Part shown: positions 10,128 through 19,429 of the stretch, piece after piece | Layout of the letters: the number at the start of each line of letters is the position of its first letter | Numbering within the stretch: the stretch's first letter is position 1 | DNA from: an uncultured Actinomycetota bacterium | Lineage (GTDB): Bacteria > Actinomycetota > Actinomycetes > DATJPE01 | Assembly: GCA_963805505.1 (NCBI GenBank) | Contig: CAWDUP010000004.1 | Location: 54,088-118,087 of the forward strand | Reading direction: 5' to 3' | DNA length: 64,000 bases | Translations under genes and position numbers: made by a program | Notes under the pieces: generated by a model | The model's database searches: none | What the model saw: the letters and a program-made list of their open reading frames with translations, nothing else | What the model was told of the DNA's origin: nothing

Positions 10128-10643
10128 TCACGGTGTGCCCGGGTCCGGTGCCGATCGAAAGGCGTCTACTACCTCGTCGTGACGTGCCGTCACGGCCACC
10201 GACGCGGCGTCCTGCCCCCCGAGCGCGGGGACAAGCGGCAGCGACACCTGCGTCGCGACGGTGATGGTGACGATCGCTCCTGGCGTGAGGCACGGGTCCG
10301 CCGAGCAGCTCACCCGAAGCTGGCCCGGGGCGAGGTCCATTCCCTGGTCGGAGAAGGCCAACCGGGCCGCCTGCTCGGCCCGGTCTTCAGCCGAGCCCGT
10401 CGACTCCGCGGTGACGTAGGCACGACCGGCCTCCCGGACGGCCGTACTCGCGGCATAGCCCGCCCGCTGGACGTCGAAGACGGCCACCACGACGTAGACC
10501 AGCGGGATGAACAGCAGCACCCCGAGGAACACGAACTCCACCATCGCGTTGCCCGCATCGGCCCACCCACCCCGCTGAGGGAGACGTTGTACGCAAGACA
10601 CGCCGGCGTTTCTCCGGACAACGTCACCGTCAGCGGGGGTCAT
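10128..10643 (-). CDS. TadE-like protein
   Basis: N-terminus NAMVEFVFLGVLLFIPLVYVVVAVFDVQRAGYAASTAVREAGRAY matches the TadE-like domain pattern. Confidence 0.6.
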   Translation of the reverse strand: MTPADGDVVRRNAGVSCVQRLPQRGGWADAGNAMVEFVFLGVLLFIPLVYVVVAVFDVQRAGYAASTAVREAGRAYVTAESTGSAEDRAEQAARLAFSDQGMDLAPGQLRVSCSADPCLTPGAIVTITVATQVSLPLVPALGGQDAASVAVTARHDEVVDAFRSAPDPGTP

Positions 10644-11062
10644 CCTTCGTCCAGAGCGTGTCCGCGGACCAACAGCGAGCGCGCCGGGCCGAGCCAGCCG
10701 ACCAGGGGCAAGGTGGTGCGCACCTCGACGACCACCGTCGAAGCGCCTGCCACGTCCTCGAAGCTGGCGCTGACGTCGCCGACGAAGCGCGGCGACAGGC
10801 TCTGCGCGATCACGTCCTGCGTCCGGGTCACGGCATCCGCCGGCCCACGGTCGGCGTTCGCGCCGTAGCGAGCGCCCTCGGCAGCCGCTGCGACCAGCGT
10901 GTTCCGCACGTGCAGGGCGAGGGCGAGCTGGGCGACGGCGAGGAACAGGGTGACCACGAGGATGGAGACCAGGACGAACTCGACGACGGCAGCACCCGAC
11001 TCACTCGCCCTGGCACGCGGCCGCCCATCGCCCCCCGGTCTCGGCTCAGGGGCCGGTGACAC
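10640..11062 (-). CDS. TadE-like protein
   Basis: AAVVEFVLVSILVVTLFLAVAQLALALHVRNTLVAAAAEGARYGA is a TadE-like N-terminal domain. Its stop overlaps the downstream gene. Confidence 0.6.
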   Translation of the reverse strand: MSPAPEPRPGGDGRPRARASESGAAVVEFVLVSILVVTLFLAVAQLALALHVRNTLVAAAAEGARYGANADRGPADAVTRTQDVIAQSLSPRFVGDVSASFEDVAGASTVVVEVRTTLPLVGWLGPARSLLVRGHALDEG

Positions 11063-11210
11063 CTTCGACCGCGTTGCTGAAGATGTTCTTCAGCTGGTCG
11101 TCGGCCACCAGCCAGATCGCTGTGACCAGACCCGCCGTCATCACGGTCACCAGCACCCAACCGGGTACGTCTCCGCGGTCGCGTTCACGCATGAGCGCCG
11201 CCGTACGCAT
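11046..11210 (-). CDS. Flp/DUF4244-like small pilin candidate
   Basis: Small ORF RERDRGDVPGWVLVTVMTAGLVTAIWLV with a hydrophobic core after a charged leader. It sits between tadC and the tadE genes, where Rv3656c-type DUF4244 pilins are found. The start is uncertain; candidates are 11255, 11231 or 11210. Confidence 0.5.
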   Translation of the reverse strand: MRTAALMRERDRGDVPGWVLVTVMTAGLVTAIWLVADDQLKNIFSNAVEGVTGP

Positions 11211-11264
11211 GCTCAACCGATCCCACAGCATCAGCGGGAGCAGCAGACTGGACATGGTTTCCTC

Positions 11265-12185
11265 CTAGGGGGTGCTGATGGACAAGCCGTAGAAACCTGG
11301 GAACAGGGCGAACATCACGGTCAGCGGCAGCAGGAGAAAGACCACCGGGAGCATCATCACGATCTCCTTGCGTGCTCCCGCCTCCATGAGTCGCCGGCGC
11401 CCGGCCTCGCGCACGTCGACGGCTTGCGCGCGAAGGACCTCCGCCAATGGAGTCCCACGCTCAACGGCGACCGCGACCCCATCGACGAAGCGCCGCAGCT
11501 CGGGCAGGGCGGCCCGATCAGCCACGCGCTCCAGCGCGCGGACCAGAGGTTCCCCGGAGCGCGCATCGGCCAAGGCCCGGCCGAGCTCGCGGGCGAGCTC
11601 TCCTTGGCTGCGGCGGGTCACCCGCTCGAGCGCACCCACGGCGCCTTCCCCCGCGGCCACAGACAATGCGAGCAGCTCCGCGATCGTCGGGAACTCCACC
11701 AGCATCCGTTGTTCCCGCGCAGCGACCTGCGAGGACAAGTTGCGGTCACAGGCCAGGAGACCGGTGATTCCGCAAGCCGCTACCACCGCAAGCAGCCCGA
11801 ACGGGTGGCTCGATCCGGCCGCCGATAGAAGAAGAGCCGCAGCCAATCCGGACGCGACGCCGAACCCGCCCCAGACGAGCTGGCGGGAGCGGAACTCCTC
11901 CAGCGTTCCGCCTTGGCCCAGCTGGTCGAGCCGGCGGCGTACCGACGCCGTGCCACCGAGCCACTGGTCGAGCCGGGACACCGCCTCGGCGACAACGCGC
12001 TGCGAGAGGCCACGACCGGCCAGGCCGCCGTGCCGCAGCGTCTCCGCCGAGGCCGCGTCGCGCAGGTAAGGGGCAAGGCGGTCCTCGAGAGTCGCCCGGC
12101 GCGCCGCTGGCACCCGCCGGGCGATCGTGACGAGCCCGAGGGCGCACGCAAGACCAAGCAGAGCGCCCTGCATGGCGAGGGTCAT
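11265..12185 (-). CDS. tadC: Tad/type II secretion system F-family membrane protein (TadC)
   Basis: 306-aa polytopic membrane protein of the T2SSF type, directly downstream of tadB. Confidence 0.7.
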   Translation of the reverse strand: MTLAMQGALLGLACALGLVTIARRVPAARRATLEDRLAPYLRDAASAETLRHGGLAGRGLSQRVVAEAVSRLDQWLGGTASVRRRLDQLGQGGTLEEFRSRQLVWGGFGVASGLAAALLLSAAGSSHPFGLLAVVAACGITGLLACDRNLSSQVAAREQRMLVEFPTIAELLALSVAAGEGAVGALERVTRRSQGELARELGRALADARSGEPLVRALERVADRAALPELRRFVDGVAVAVERGTPLAEVLRAQAVDVREAGRRRLMEAGARKEIVMMLPVVFLLLPLTVMFALFPGFYGLSISTP

Positions 12186-13039
12186 CGAAGCACCCGAGGC
12201 TCATCAGGCAGCCGACCGATGCGCAGCATCATGCGGTAGGCGACGACGCAGACCACCCCGCCGACGGCAAGGACGGCGAATCCGGCGGGTGAGTTGTACG
12301 CGTCCACCGCCTCAGGACGCAGCGAAAGCATCGCTAGCAAGACCCACGGAGCACCAACCGCCAGGCGGGCGGCGTTGACCGTCCAAGCCTGTCGGGTCTC
12401 CAGCTCCGCGCGGGTCCGGGCGTCCTCTCGAAGAAATGAACTCAGGGTCCTGAGCAGTCGTCCGAGGTCTGAGCCACCGACGTCGCGGGCAAGCCGAAGC
12501 GACTCGACGATCCGGTCACCGACCGGGTCGGCCAGGTGATCCTTCAGCCGGTCGAGGCACTCGTTGAAGCGACCCGAGGCGCGATAGTCCTCGCTGAACC
12601 GGCCGAACGCTGCGCGCAGCGGCTCAGGGCCTCTCGTGGCGAGCTGGCCCAGCGCCTCGGGCAGCGAGAGACCTGCGCGTACGCCGCTCGCGAGGTTGTC
12701 CACCACGTCCGGCCAGACCGCACGTAACTCGTCGGCGCGCTGGCGACGCCGCCACCTCAGATAGCTGATCGGGCTGATTCCCGCGATCACCGCGAACGCG
12801 AGGGCGATAACCGGCGACCGGGAGATGCCAAGCGCGAGGAACCCTGTCACACCAACGCAAATCACCACCGCTGCGAGCAACCGTGAGACCGATGCTCCAG
12901 GAACCCCTGATTCGGTGACCAGATCGGCAAGCCTCGACCGGCTGGCCGCCACCTCGGCCCCAGCCTCCGGTGGGCGGGTGAGCGCACTGATGACGAGGAC
13001 CAGTCCGAGGCCGAGGAGGAGACCGGTCAACGCACCCAT
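12182..13039 (-). CDS. tadB: Tad/type II secretion system F-family membrane protein (TadB)
   Basis: 285-aa polytopic membrane protein overlapping the tadA stop and tadC start; T2SSF-like. Confidence 0.7.
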   Translation of the reverse strand: MGALTGLLLGLGLVLVISALTRPPEAGAEVAASRSRLADLVTESGVPGASVSRLLAAVVICVGVTGFLALGISRSPVIALAFAVIAGISPISYLRWRRRQRADELRAVWPDVVDNLASGVRAGLSLPEALGQLATRGPEPLRAAFGRFSEDYRASGRFNECLDRLKDHLADPVGDRIVESLRLARDVGGSDLGRLLRTLSSFLREDARTRAELETRQAWTVNAARLAVGAPWVLLAMLSLRPEAVDAYNSPAGFAVLAVGGVVCVVAYRMMLRIGRLPDEPRVLR

Positions 13040-13041
13040 GG

Positions 13042-14283
13042 TCAGTCCAGGCCCGGCCGGAGCAGGTCGGACAGATCGAAGCCCTGGCGGTCGAAGCGCT
13101 GAGCGTGAGGCGGGTAGCCGTCCGCTCTCACCAGACGGTCTCCCCGTGTGACGAACAGGTCCTCGATCTCGACGACGTCGCCCTCCACCCGGCCAGGGAG
13201 GCCGACGATCTCGCGGATGCGGCGCCGACCCGCCGAGTCGGTCTCCGCGTGGACAACGAGATCAACCGACGCGGCCACCGTCGGCACCACAAACGCATGC
13301 CCAACGTTCTCGCCGGCCAACAACGGGAGCGTGCACATCTTCGTCACTGCCTCCCTGGCGCTGTTGGCATGCACCGAACACATGCCAGGAACACCACTGT
13401 TCAAAGCGATCAGCAGGTCGAGGCACTCCTCCTGACGGACCTCACCGACCACCAGGCGCTGGGGCCGCATCCGCAGGGCTTCCTTGACCAGTCGCCTCAG
13501 CCGGATCTCCCCCGTCCCTTCAAGGCTCGGCTGCCGGGTCTGCATGGCCACCCAGTCGGGGGCACCGATCTTGAGCTCGAAGACTTCCTCACAGGTGATG
13601 ATCCGCTCGCCCGCCGGGACGCTGCTCAGCAGGCAGTTCAGCAGGGTCGTCTTCCCGGCCTGCGTGCCGCCGGCCACGATGATGTTGAGTCCGCTGACAA
13701 CCGCCGCGTCCAGGAATGCGGCCGCTTGAGGGGTCAGGGTCCCTAGTTCGACGAGATCGTCGAGATGGCTGGCCCGAACCACGAACTTGCGAATGTTGAC
13801 CGACCAATGCGCCCGGGTGATGTCGGGTACGGCCACGTGGAGGCGGCTGCCGTCGACGAGCATGGCATCCACAAACGGTTGGCTGAGGTCCACGCGGCGA
13901 TTGGAGGCCTTGAGCATCCGCTCGACGAGGTCGCGCACCTCATCGCTCGTCAGCACCACGGCCGTCAACTCACTGCGCCCATGGCGGGCGACGAACACCC
14001 GGCCAGGTTCGTTGATCCAGACCTCCTCGACCGTCGGGTCGTCGAAGTACGGCTGCAGGGCGCCAAATCCCGCGACCGAGTCGAAGACCGAGCGGGCTGC
14101 AGCGCCGGGGTCGGGCAATACCGGGAGTCCGCCGGAGAGGGTTCTCTGGTCGTAGTCGGCAAGAACCTCCGCCACCAGCTCACGAACCAGCTGCGGCTGC
14201 GCCAACGGATCGACGCCGCGGCGTCGGACGAGGTCTCGTACTTCGTCCTCGACTGTGGTCACCGGGTCGATCGCCAGGCCCAT
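13042..14283 (-). CDS. tadA: CpaF/TadA secretion ATPase
   Basis: 413 aa with Walker A AGGTQAGKTTLLNCLL and the conserved VirB11/CpaF core. Confidence 0.9.
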   Translation of the reverse strand: MGLAIDPVTTVEDEVRDLVRRRGVDPLAQPQLVRELVAEVLADYDQRTLSGGLPVLPDPGAAARSVFDSVAGFGALQPYFDDPTVEEVWINEPGRVFVARHGRSELTAVVLTSDEVRDLVERMLKASNRRVDLSQPFVDAMLVDGSRLHVAVPDITRAHWSVNIRKFVVRASHLDDLVELGTLTPQAAAFLDAAVVSGLNIIVAGGTQAGKTTLLNCLLSSVPAGERIITCEEVFELKIGAPDWVAMQTRQPSLEGTGEIRLRRLVKEALRMRPQRLVVGEVRQEECLDLLIALNSGVPGMCSVHANSAREAVTKMCTLPLLAGENVGHAFVVPTVAASVDLVVHAETDSAGRRRIREIVGLPGRVEGDVVEIEDLFVTRGDRLVRADGYPPHAQRFDRQGFDLSDLLRPGLD

Positions 14284-14501
14284 CGGCTGCCCGCCCCTCG
14301 AGTCGGCGCTACGGAACTCAGCGCATCAACGCCCCCGCTTGGGACGCTAGGGGCTCGCAAGCAAGCCCAACAAGGAGGTTCATCCGAACTGGGGACAGCC
14401 TCGCTGACACACCAGCCACCTGGTGACCACAGTCCCCGCCTGCCCCATTCGCCACACGCCGAAACGGCTCGCAGGCCCCGATGATCTTGGGCTTGATCAG
14501 C

Positions 14502-14632
14502 CGGCGCCGCCTGTGGGGACAAAAGCGTGCGACCTGTCCGCAGAGCGACGTTGACGGTCGCCAGTTCGAAGACCTCGGCCCGACCGAGGTCCGAGAGCCT
14601 TAGGCGGGCAGGCGCCAGGCTCTCGGGCTTTT
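14502..14632. repeat. Degenerate copy of the 3' end of the gdh gene at 29806-29936 (attL-like remnant)
   Basis: Both copies begin with tcagccRgcgccgccYgtggggac and continue with ...tccgcagagcgacg...ggtcgccagKtcgaagacctcggccYgaccgaKgtccgagagc. By eye this is about 80-85% identity over roughly 130 nt, with a 2-nt indel that breaks the frame in this copy. It lies in the tadA-HAD intergenic region. Confidence 0.7.
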
Positions 14633-14645
14633 GGCGCCGCGCCGC

Positions 14646-15287
14646 TCAGTCCATGCCCAGCCTGGCGCGGACGTCACGGAAGCTCCGCTCGGGATCAGTG
14701 ACGTCAAAGCTCAGCGAGGGAATCCCCAGCGACTCTGCCCCCCTGACATTGGCCGGTTGGTCGTCGACGAACAACAGGTCGCTCGGCAGGAGGGAAAGCC
14801 GGTCCAGCATCAGCTGGTAGGCGGCTGGCTCTGGCTTGAGGGCCCCTTCGACAGACCCGTCGACCACCAGGTCGACTCGACGGAGCACCTGCAGCCCGGC
14901 GACCCACTCCTCGCCGTGGAAGGCCAGCAGGTCGTTGGTGAGCACCGCCACGACAAGTCCCGACGCCTTCGCATCGCGAATCAGCTCAGCGGCCTGGACC
15001 CGGACGAGTTCGGACTCGGGTGCGTCGTAGAGCAGGCCCATGAGGCTGGTGAACTCGACGGCCCGCCCCGTCAGCGAGGCAAACTCCTCGATACGTCGCC
15101 GCCAGTACTCCCGCTCGCTGATGCCCCCCGCCTGCTGGAGCCGCCAATCTGGATCGGCATCCGGATCGAAAGGTCCGCTCCACGCCAGACTGCCCGGCGG
15201 GAGGCCGGCTCGCTTCTCACCGCCGCGGACCAACTCGAAAGGGGTACGTAGGACGGGGCCGCCGAAGTCGAGGACCAGCGCGGTCAC
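14646..15287 (-). CDS. HAD-superfamily hydrolase
   Basis: 213 aa with motif I LVLDFGGPV and motif IV FVDDQPANV, a type IA HAD. It is the first gene inside the repeat-bounded insert. Confidence 0.75.
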   Translation of the reverse strand: MTALVLDFGGPVLRTPFELVRGGEKRAGLPPGSLAWSGPFDPDADPDWRLQQAGGISEREYWRRRIEEFASLTGRAVEFTSLMGLLYDAPESELVRVQAAELIRDAKASGLVVAVLTNDLLAFHGEEWVAGLQVLRRVDLVVDGSVEGALKPEPAAYQLMLDRLSLLPSDLLFVDDQPANVRGAESLGIPSLSFDVTDPERSFRDVRARLGMD

Positions 15288-16072
15288 CGAGCCTGGCCCG
15301 GGTCTGATCTGCTGACGGAGACGCCGCGTCGGTCGAAATCGGCGTACACGACGTCGCCCGGGTCAAGAGGCACAGCAGCGGTCAGCCCGCCCGTGAGCAC
15401 GACGTCACCCTGGACGAGGCTACGTCCACGATCTGCGAGCGCCCGAACCAACCATCGCAGGGCGTCGAATGGCCCTCCCATGGCATCTCGACCCGCTCCC
15501 ACGCCACATGGTTCACCGTTGCGACGCAGCGTCACTCGGATGTCGCGCAGGTGTTTTCCCTCGTCATCGAGCGGCAGCTCTGGACCCAGAACTGCGAAAG
15601 CAGCCGACGACCCGTCGGCGGTGTTGTCCTCCAGTCGGAAGCGATAGTCCAGAAACACAGAGTCGACGACCTCCAGAGCCGCCCGCGCACTACTGACGGC
15701 TGCGGCAACTGCGTCCGGGTCGCGTTCGTCACCCTCCCGCGTTGCTCCTGCGACAAGGGCGATCTCCGGCTCGACCCGTGGGTGGAGGAGACCGGCTTCG
15801 GGCAGCACAGCCCCCGAGGTCACCACCATCGAGTCGGTGAGCGGCCCGAGGTTCGGCTCGTCGATGCCCATCTGGCGGCGCATGGCCGCGGAGGTGTAGC
15901 CGAGCTTCCACCCAACGATCCGTTCGCCTCTCTCGAGGCGGGCCTGGACAACACGCTCCTGAACGGCGTACGCCTCGTCCAGCCCATCGGGGCCGTCGCT
16001 GAGCGGCGCCTTGAGCAGGACACCCCGGCGTCGGGCGACCAGGATCGTGTCAGCGACTCGCTGGGCGTCCAT
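15284..16072 (-). CDS. 2-keto-4-pentenoate hydratase / 4-oxalocrotonate decarboxylase family (MhpD/XylJ/XylI-like)
   Basis: 262 aa with VGWKLGYTSAAMRRQMGIDEP ... EPEIALV, the MhpD-family signature. Confidence 0.8.
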   Translation of the reverse strand: MDAQRVADTILVARRRGVLLKAPLSDGPDGLDEAYAVQERVVQARLERGERIVGWKLGYTSAAMRRQMGIDEPNLGPLTDSMVVTSGAVLPEAGLLHPRVEPEIALVAGATREGDERDPDAVAAAVSSARAALEVVDSVFLDYRFRLEDNTADGSSAAFAVLGPELPLDDEGKHLRDIRVTLRRNGEPCGVGAGRDAMGGPFDALRWLVRALADRGRSLVQGDVVLTGGLTAAVPLDPGDVVYADFDRRGVSVSRSDPGQAR

Positions 16073-16084
16073 CGGCGTCGAATC

Positions 16085-16372
16085 TCAATGCTCTGGCTCA
16101 TAGATCGTCGCCCGATCGAAGCGAACGACGTTTCCGGTCCACCGGCAGGAGGCGCACCAGGTCAGAAACACCCGCTCGTCGGCGGACCAGTACTCAGTCG
16201 TGATGCCCGTCGTGAGGGATGTGCCGCACATCGGGCAGAACTTCGGCCGGTCGAGCAGATGCCGTTCGGCGTCGGGGGCGAACCACTCCCCGGGGTCGGG
16301 GAGCAAATGAGGATCGGGCGGCAGCTGACTGCTCACCGCGTTGGACCTAGCCACTGCTGTCTGCAGCCGCAC
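16085..16372 (-). CDS. Small hypothetical protein with a putative zinc ribbon (CPMCG ... CASC)
   Basis: 95-aa ORF between the hydratase and Rieske genes with two Cys pairs 22 aa apart. The start is uncertain because the track ORF overlaps the Rieske stop by 26 nt. I see no homology-level evidence. Confidence 0.3.
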   Translation of the reverse strand: MRLQTAVARSNAVSSQLPPDPHLLPDPGEWFAPDAERHLLDRPKFCPMCGTSLTTGITTEYWSADERVFLTWCASCRWTGNVVRFDRATIYEPEH

Positions 16373-17603
16373 GGGCAGCGGCCGCGTCTCGATGCAGCCT
16401 CAGCAGATCATCCTTGATGGGGCTGTAGCGCATCGACCCGCCGGTGATCCACTGGTCGGTGAAGGCGGCCCCAGCGCCGAACTTGTCTTTCTCGCAGGGC
16501 AACGTGATCACCTCGTGCTCCTCGCGGATCGTGCCGATGGGGTCCTCCCCGTCGGCAACCTTCCGCATGTTCTCCTTGAACATCTTGCGGAGCATCGCGA
16601 CACCGGCGTCGCTCCTTCCAAGGTGTTCCAACGAGCGGTCGACGATCGGGCCCTGCGAGACCCACGCCATCACATCCTGGCCCTCGACGTAGTCGGTGAT
16701 CAGGGTGCCGTCGGCTCGCTGCCACGGGTACTCGTAGACCATGGGACGGTCCTGCGGCTCCCAGCCCCCTTCGGGAGGGTGGTGAAGGGAGTAGAACAGC
16801 GTCCACGTATGCGTGTCGTCAATCGGCACCCGAATTTGCATCTGGTCGATGTACTGGCCGCCGACGCGCATGTAGAACGGGAATACCAAGGGATGCCCGA
16901 TCGCCCAGTCATCGTCCTCTTCGCTGTGGCCCTCGAGGACCCGACGCTTGATGATGCCCCATTCGAACTCGTCGAACGCAGTCTTGACGTGCTTCTTCTG
17001 AAACGACTTCGGGGCGTCGAAACCCTGCGTCTGGCCAAGGAACTCGAAGTAGTAGCCGTGCAGCCACTCCACGTGGTGCGGGTCGACCGAGTTCTCCATG
17101 ATCTGCAACCAGCTGCAGGGCAAGGTCGACACACCTACGTCACGAACTCCGTCCAGGACGAACACGTCGAAGCGCGGCAGTAGCGGGGCCGGACCAGGTC
17201 CGACATAGACCCACACCATGCCTCCCATCACTTGTGCGCTACCTGCCTTGGCCCTGACACGGTCACGAAAATTCTGGTTGTCCGCCTCGGCCGGCTGCTC
17301 AACACACGACCCATCGAAGTCGAACTTCCACCCGTGATATCCGCACCGGATGCCGTCGTTGTGGACGACCCCGTAGGTGAGCGAGGCACGCCGGTGCGGA
17401 CAGTGTTCGGCGATGATCCCGTAGCGACCCGACGCCGTCTTGTAGAGCGTCCAGTCCTCTCCGAGCAGCCGAACGGTCTTCGTCGGCCGTTCGTCGAAGT
17501 CCTGCTCGAACGCGATGGGATACCAGTAGCGCCTGAGCAGCTCGCCCATCGGCGTCCCTGGTCCGACCCTGGTCAGCTCTTCGTTCTGCTCGACGGTAAG
17601 CAT
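16347..17603 (-). CDS. Rieske non-heme iron ring-hydroxylating oxygenase, single-subunit (alpha) type
   Basis: Rieske motif CPHRRASL...CGYHGWKF, then a mononuclear-iron region DPHHVEWLHG. I place the start at ATG 17603 (MLTVEQNEELTRVGPGTPMGELLRRYWYP), overlapping the upstream stop as ATGA. No beta-subunit gene is adjacent. Confidence 0.85.
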   Translation of the reverse strand: MLTVEQNEELTRVGPGTPMGELLRRYWYPIAFEQDFDERPTKTVRLLGEDWTLYKTASGRYGIIAEHCPHRRASLTYGVVHNDGIRCGYHGWKFDFDGSCVEQPAEADNQNFRDRVRAKAGSAQVMGGMVWVYVGPGPAPLLPRFDVFVLDGVRDVGVSTLPCSWLQIMENSVDPHHVEWLHGYYFEFLGQTQGFDAPKSFQKKHVKTAFDEFEWGIIKRRVLEGHSEEDDDWAIGHPLVFPFYMRVGGQYIDQMQIRVPIDDTHTWTLFYSLHHPPEGGWEPQDRPMVYEYPWQRADGTLITDYVEGQDVMAWVSQGPIVDRSLEHLGRSDAGVAMLRKMFKENMRKVADGEDPIGTIREEHEVITLPCEKDKFGAGAAFTDQWITGGSMRYSPIKDDLLRLHRDAAAARAAADSSG

Positions 17604-19414
17604 CAGTCCTCCAGAACCGTCACGTGTCCGGTGTTGCCGTCCACTCGGATCCGCTGCCCGGTCTTGATCGTTGACGTGCCGAACGCGGTCCCAGTCACGG
17701 CAGGCAAGCCGTACTCGCGGCACACGATGGCGGCGTGACTCATCATGCCGCCCACGTCGGTGACCGTCGCCTGGATCTTGCCGAAGATCGGTGCCCAGCT
17801 AGGCGCTGTCAGGGGTGCCACCAGGATCTCTCCATCCTCCACCTCACCGATCTGGTCGGCGCTGAAGATGACGCGAGCAGGTCCCTCCACCAATCCCGGT
17901 GAGGCGGCGAAGCCCTTGAGCCCACCGTCGCCCGCATCTGACGATGACAGCCACCCTTGGACGCTGTCGGAGGTAATGCCCCAGAGCATGACGGTGAACG
18001 GTTCTGTGACGACCTCCGGGGGCTCCCCGAGCGCGGGCACTGCCTTCCAGGTCTTCAGCGCATCGACGATTCCCTTTCGTCGCTCGATCTCGCGCGGCCA
18101 GTAGTGGGGGCCGCGGGGCTTGGTTCCGACGGCCCACGCTGAGTACATGTCCCACAGCGCCTCGGGAACCTCGTCACGCTTGAGGAAGAAGACGTCGTCC
18201 GCCTCGGCGAAGAAGCCCTCCTTGACGAAGATCTCGCCGAGCCCGCGCATCTTGCGCCACAGCACCGAGTGCGCCCAATGCTCGACATAGAAGTTGTGGT
18301 TCTCCACATAGGGAAAAACTGTCCTCGACAACCCGAGCTTGCCGTCGAAGGCGGCTCTGTCGTCGTCCGTCGCCAGCAGCTCGCGATATTCGCTCACCAC
18401 CCGGTCTCGTTCGGCGTGCAGAGCCGCGATGGGGCGTGCCAGGTCCACCCCGTCGCGCACCTTGGCGATGTAGTCGCGGATGAAGCCGAACGGAATCTCG
18501 ACGTTCTCGATCCAGATCTTGTCCGAGTGATAGAAGCCCGAACCCGCCGAGAAGTTGAACCAAGGCTCGCACGAGTCCTCCCACGCGGCGAGCCAGGCGT
18601 CACCTTCTTCGGTCCCCGTCAGCGCGTCGCGCACCGACTCGGGATCGCCGGCGAAGTGCTCACTGATCCCGGACTCCACGGCCATCCTGGCGAGCTTCTT
18701 CAACTCGTCGTCGGGCCGGAACAGGTCGACGTCTACCCCGGCCACCATCTTCGCGATGGCGAGATCGGGGATGCTGGGGAACGCCTCCTTGCAGAAGCCG
18801 AAGAAATCGAGGTACGCGGCATAACCCAGGTTGAGGAACTCGAAGTGGTACTGCCACAGCTGCAGGGAAAGGTCGAGGAGTTTGTGGTACGTGGCCTGGA
18901 GGTCGTACCCGGATCCGATGCCCCGCCCCGAGGTGACCACCTCGAGGTCCTCCTTCTCGGGCAGCGGCTCAATCCGCAGCTCGGTCATTTCCTGCACCAG
19001 CGCGCGGACCTTGACCAACCACTTGTCGTATAGGTCGTCCCAGTTGCCGAAGTAGAAGCCGGCTCTTTCCATGAAGTGCGGGATCCGGGCGCCGATCTCT
19101 TCCGGGTCAGCGACACCGACAGGCGCTAGGTACGCGTAGCCGTTGAGGATGCGGAAGTCGACGCCAAGTGCTGGGGGGATCAGGTAGTGGCGGGTGTTGT
19201 ACTGGGACAGCGATGCCAGGGCGAACTCGTAGAACGTGGCATCCCAGGGCGTCATCACCTCGGGCCAGTGCACGCCGTCCTGGAACCAGAACCCCGCGTC
19301 CTCGTACTCGCGACGGTCCTCGCTGAACAACGAGGAGTAGCTATAGAGCCCCTCCCACCCCTCAGCGCCTGTTGGGGTCTCGATCTCGAACGGGCTCGGG
19401 AAACGATCGGCCAT
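17603..19414 (-). CDS. PEP-utilizing-enzyme family protein with a C-terminal swivelling phospho-histidine domain (PpsA-like subunit of a split phosphotransferase)
   Basis: 603 aa with a C-terminal signature GGMMSHAAIVCREYGLPAVTGT (PEP-utilizers mobile domain). The N-terminal roughly 500 aa has no PPDK_N domain. The gene has its own GGAGG Shine-Dalgarno 8 nt upstream of the ATG. Confidence 0.75.
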   Translation of the reverse strand: MADRFPSPFEIETPTGAEGWEGLYSYSSLFSEDRREYEDAGFWFQDGVHWPEVMTPWDATFYEFALASLSQYNTRHYLIPPALGVDFRILNGYAYLAPVGVADPEEIGARIPHFMERAGFYFGNWDDLYDKWLVKVRALVQEMTELRIEPLPEKEDLEVVTSGRGIGSGYDLQATYHKLLDLSLQLWQYHFEFLNLGYAAYLDFFGFCKEAFPSIPDLAIAKMVAGVDVDLFRPDDELKKLARMAVESGISEHFAGDPESVRDALTGTEEGDAWLAAWEDSCEPWFNFSAGSGFYHSDKIWIENVEIPFGFIRDYIAKVRDGVDLARPIAALHAERDRVVSEYRELLATDDDRAAFDGKLGLSRTVFPYVENHNFYVEHWAHSVLWRKMRGLGEIFVKEGFFAEADDVFFLKRDEVPEALWDMYSAWAVGTKPRGPHYWPREIERRKGIVDALKTWKAVPALGEPPEVVTEPFTVMLWGITSDSVQGWLSSSDAGDGGLKGFAASPGLVEGPARVIFSADQIGEVEDGEILVAPLTAPSWAPIFGKIQATVTDVGGMMSHAAIVCREYGLPAVTGTAFGTSTIKTGQRIRVDGNTGHVTVLED

Positions 19415-19429
19415 TGCCAGACCTCCGGT

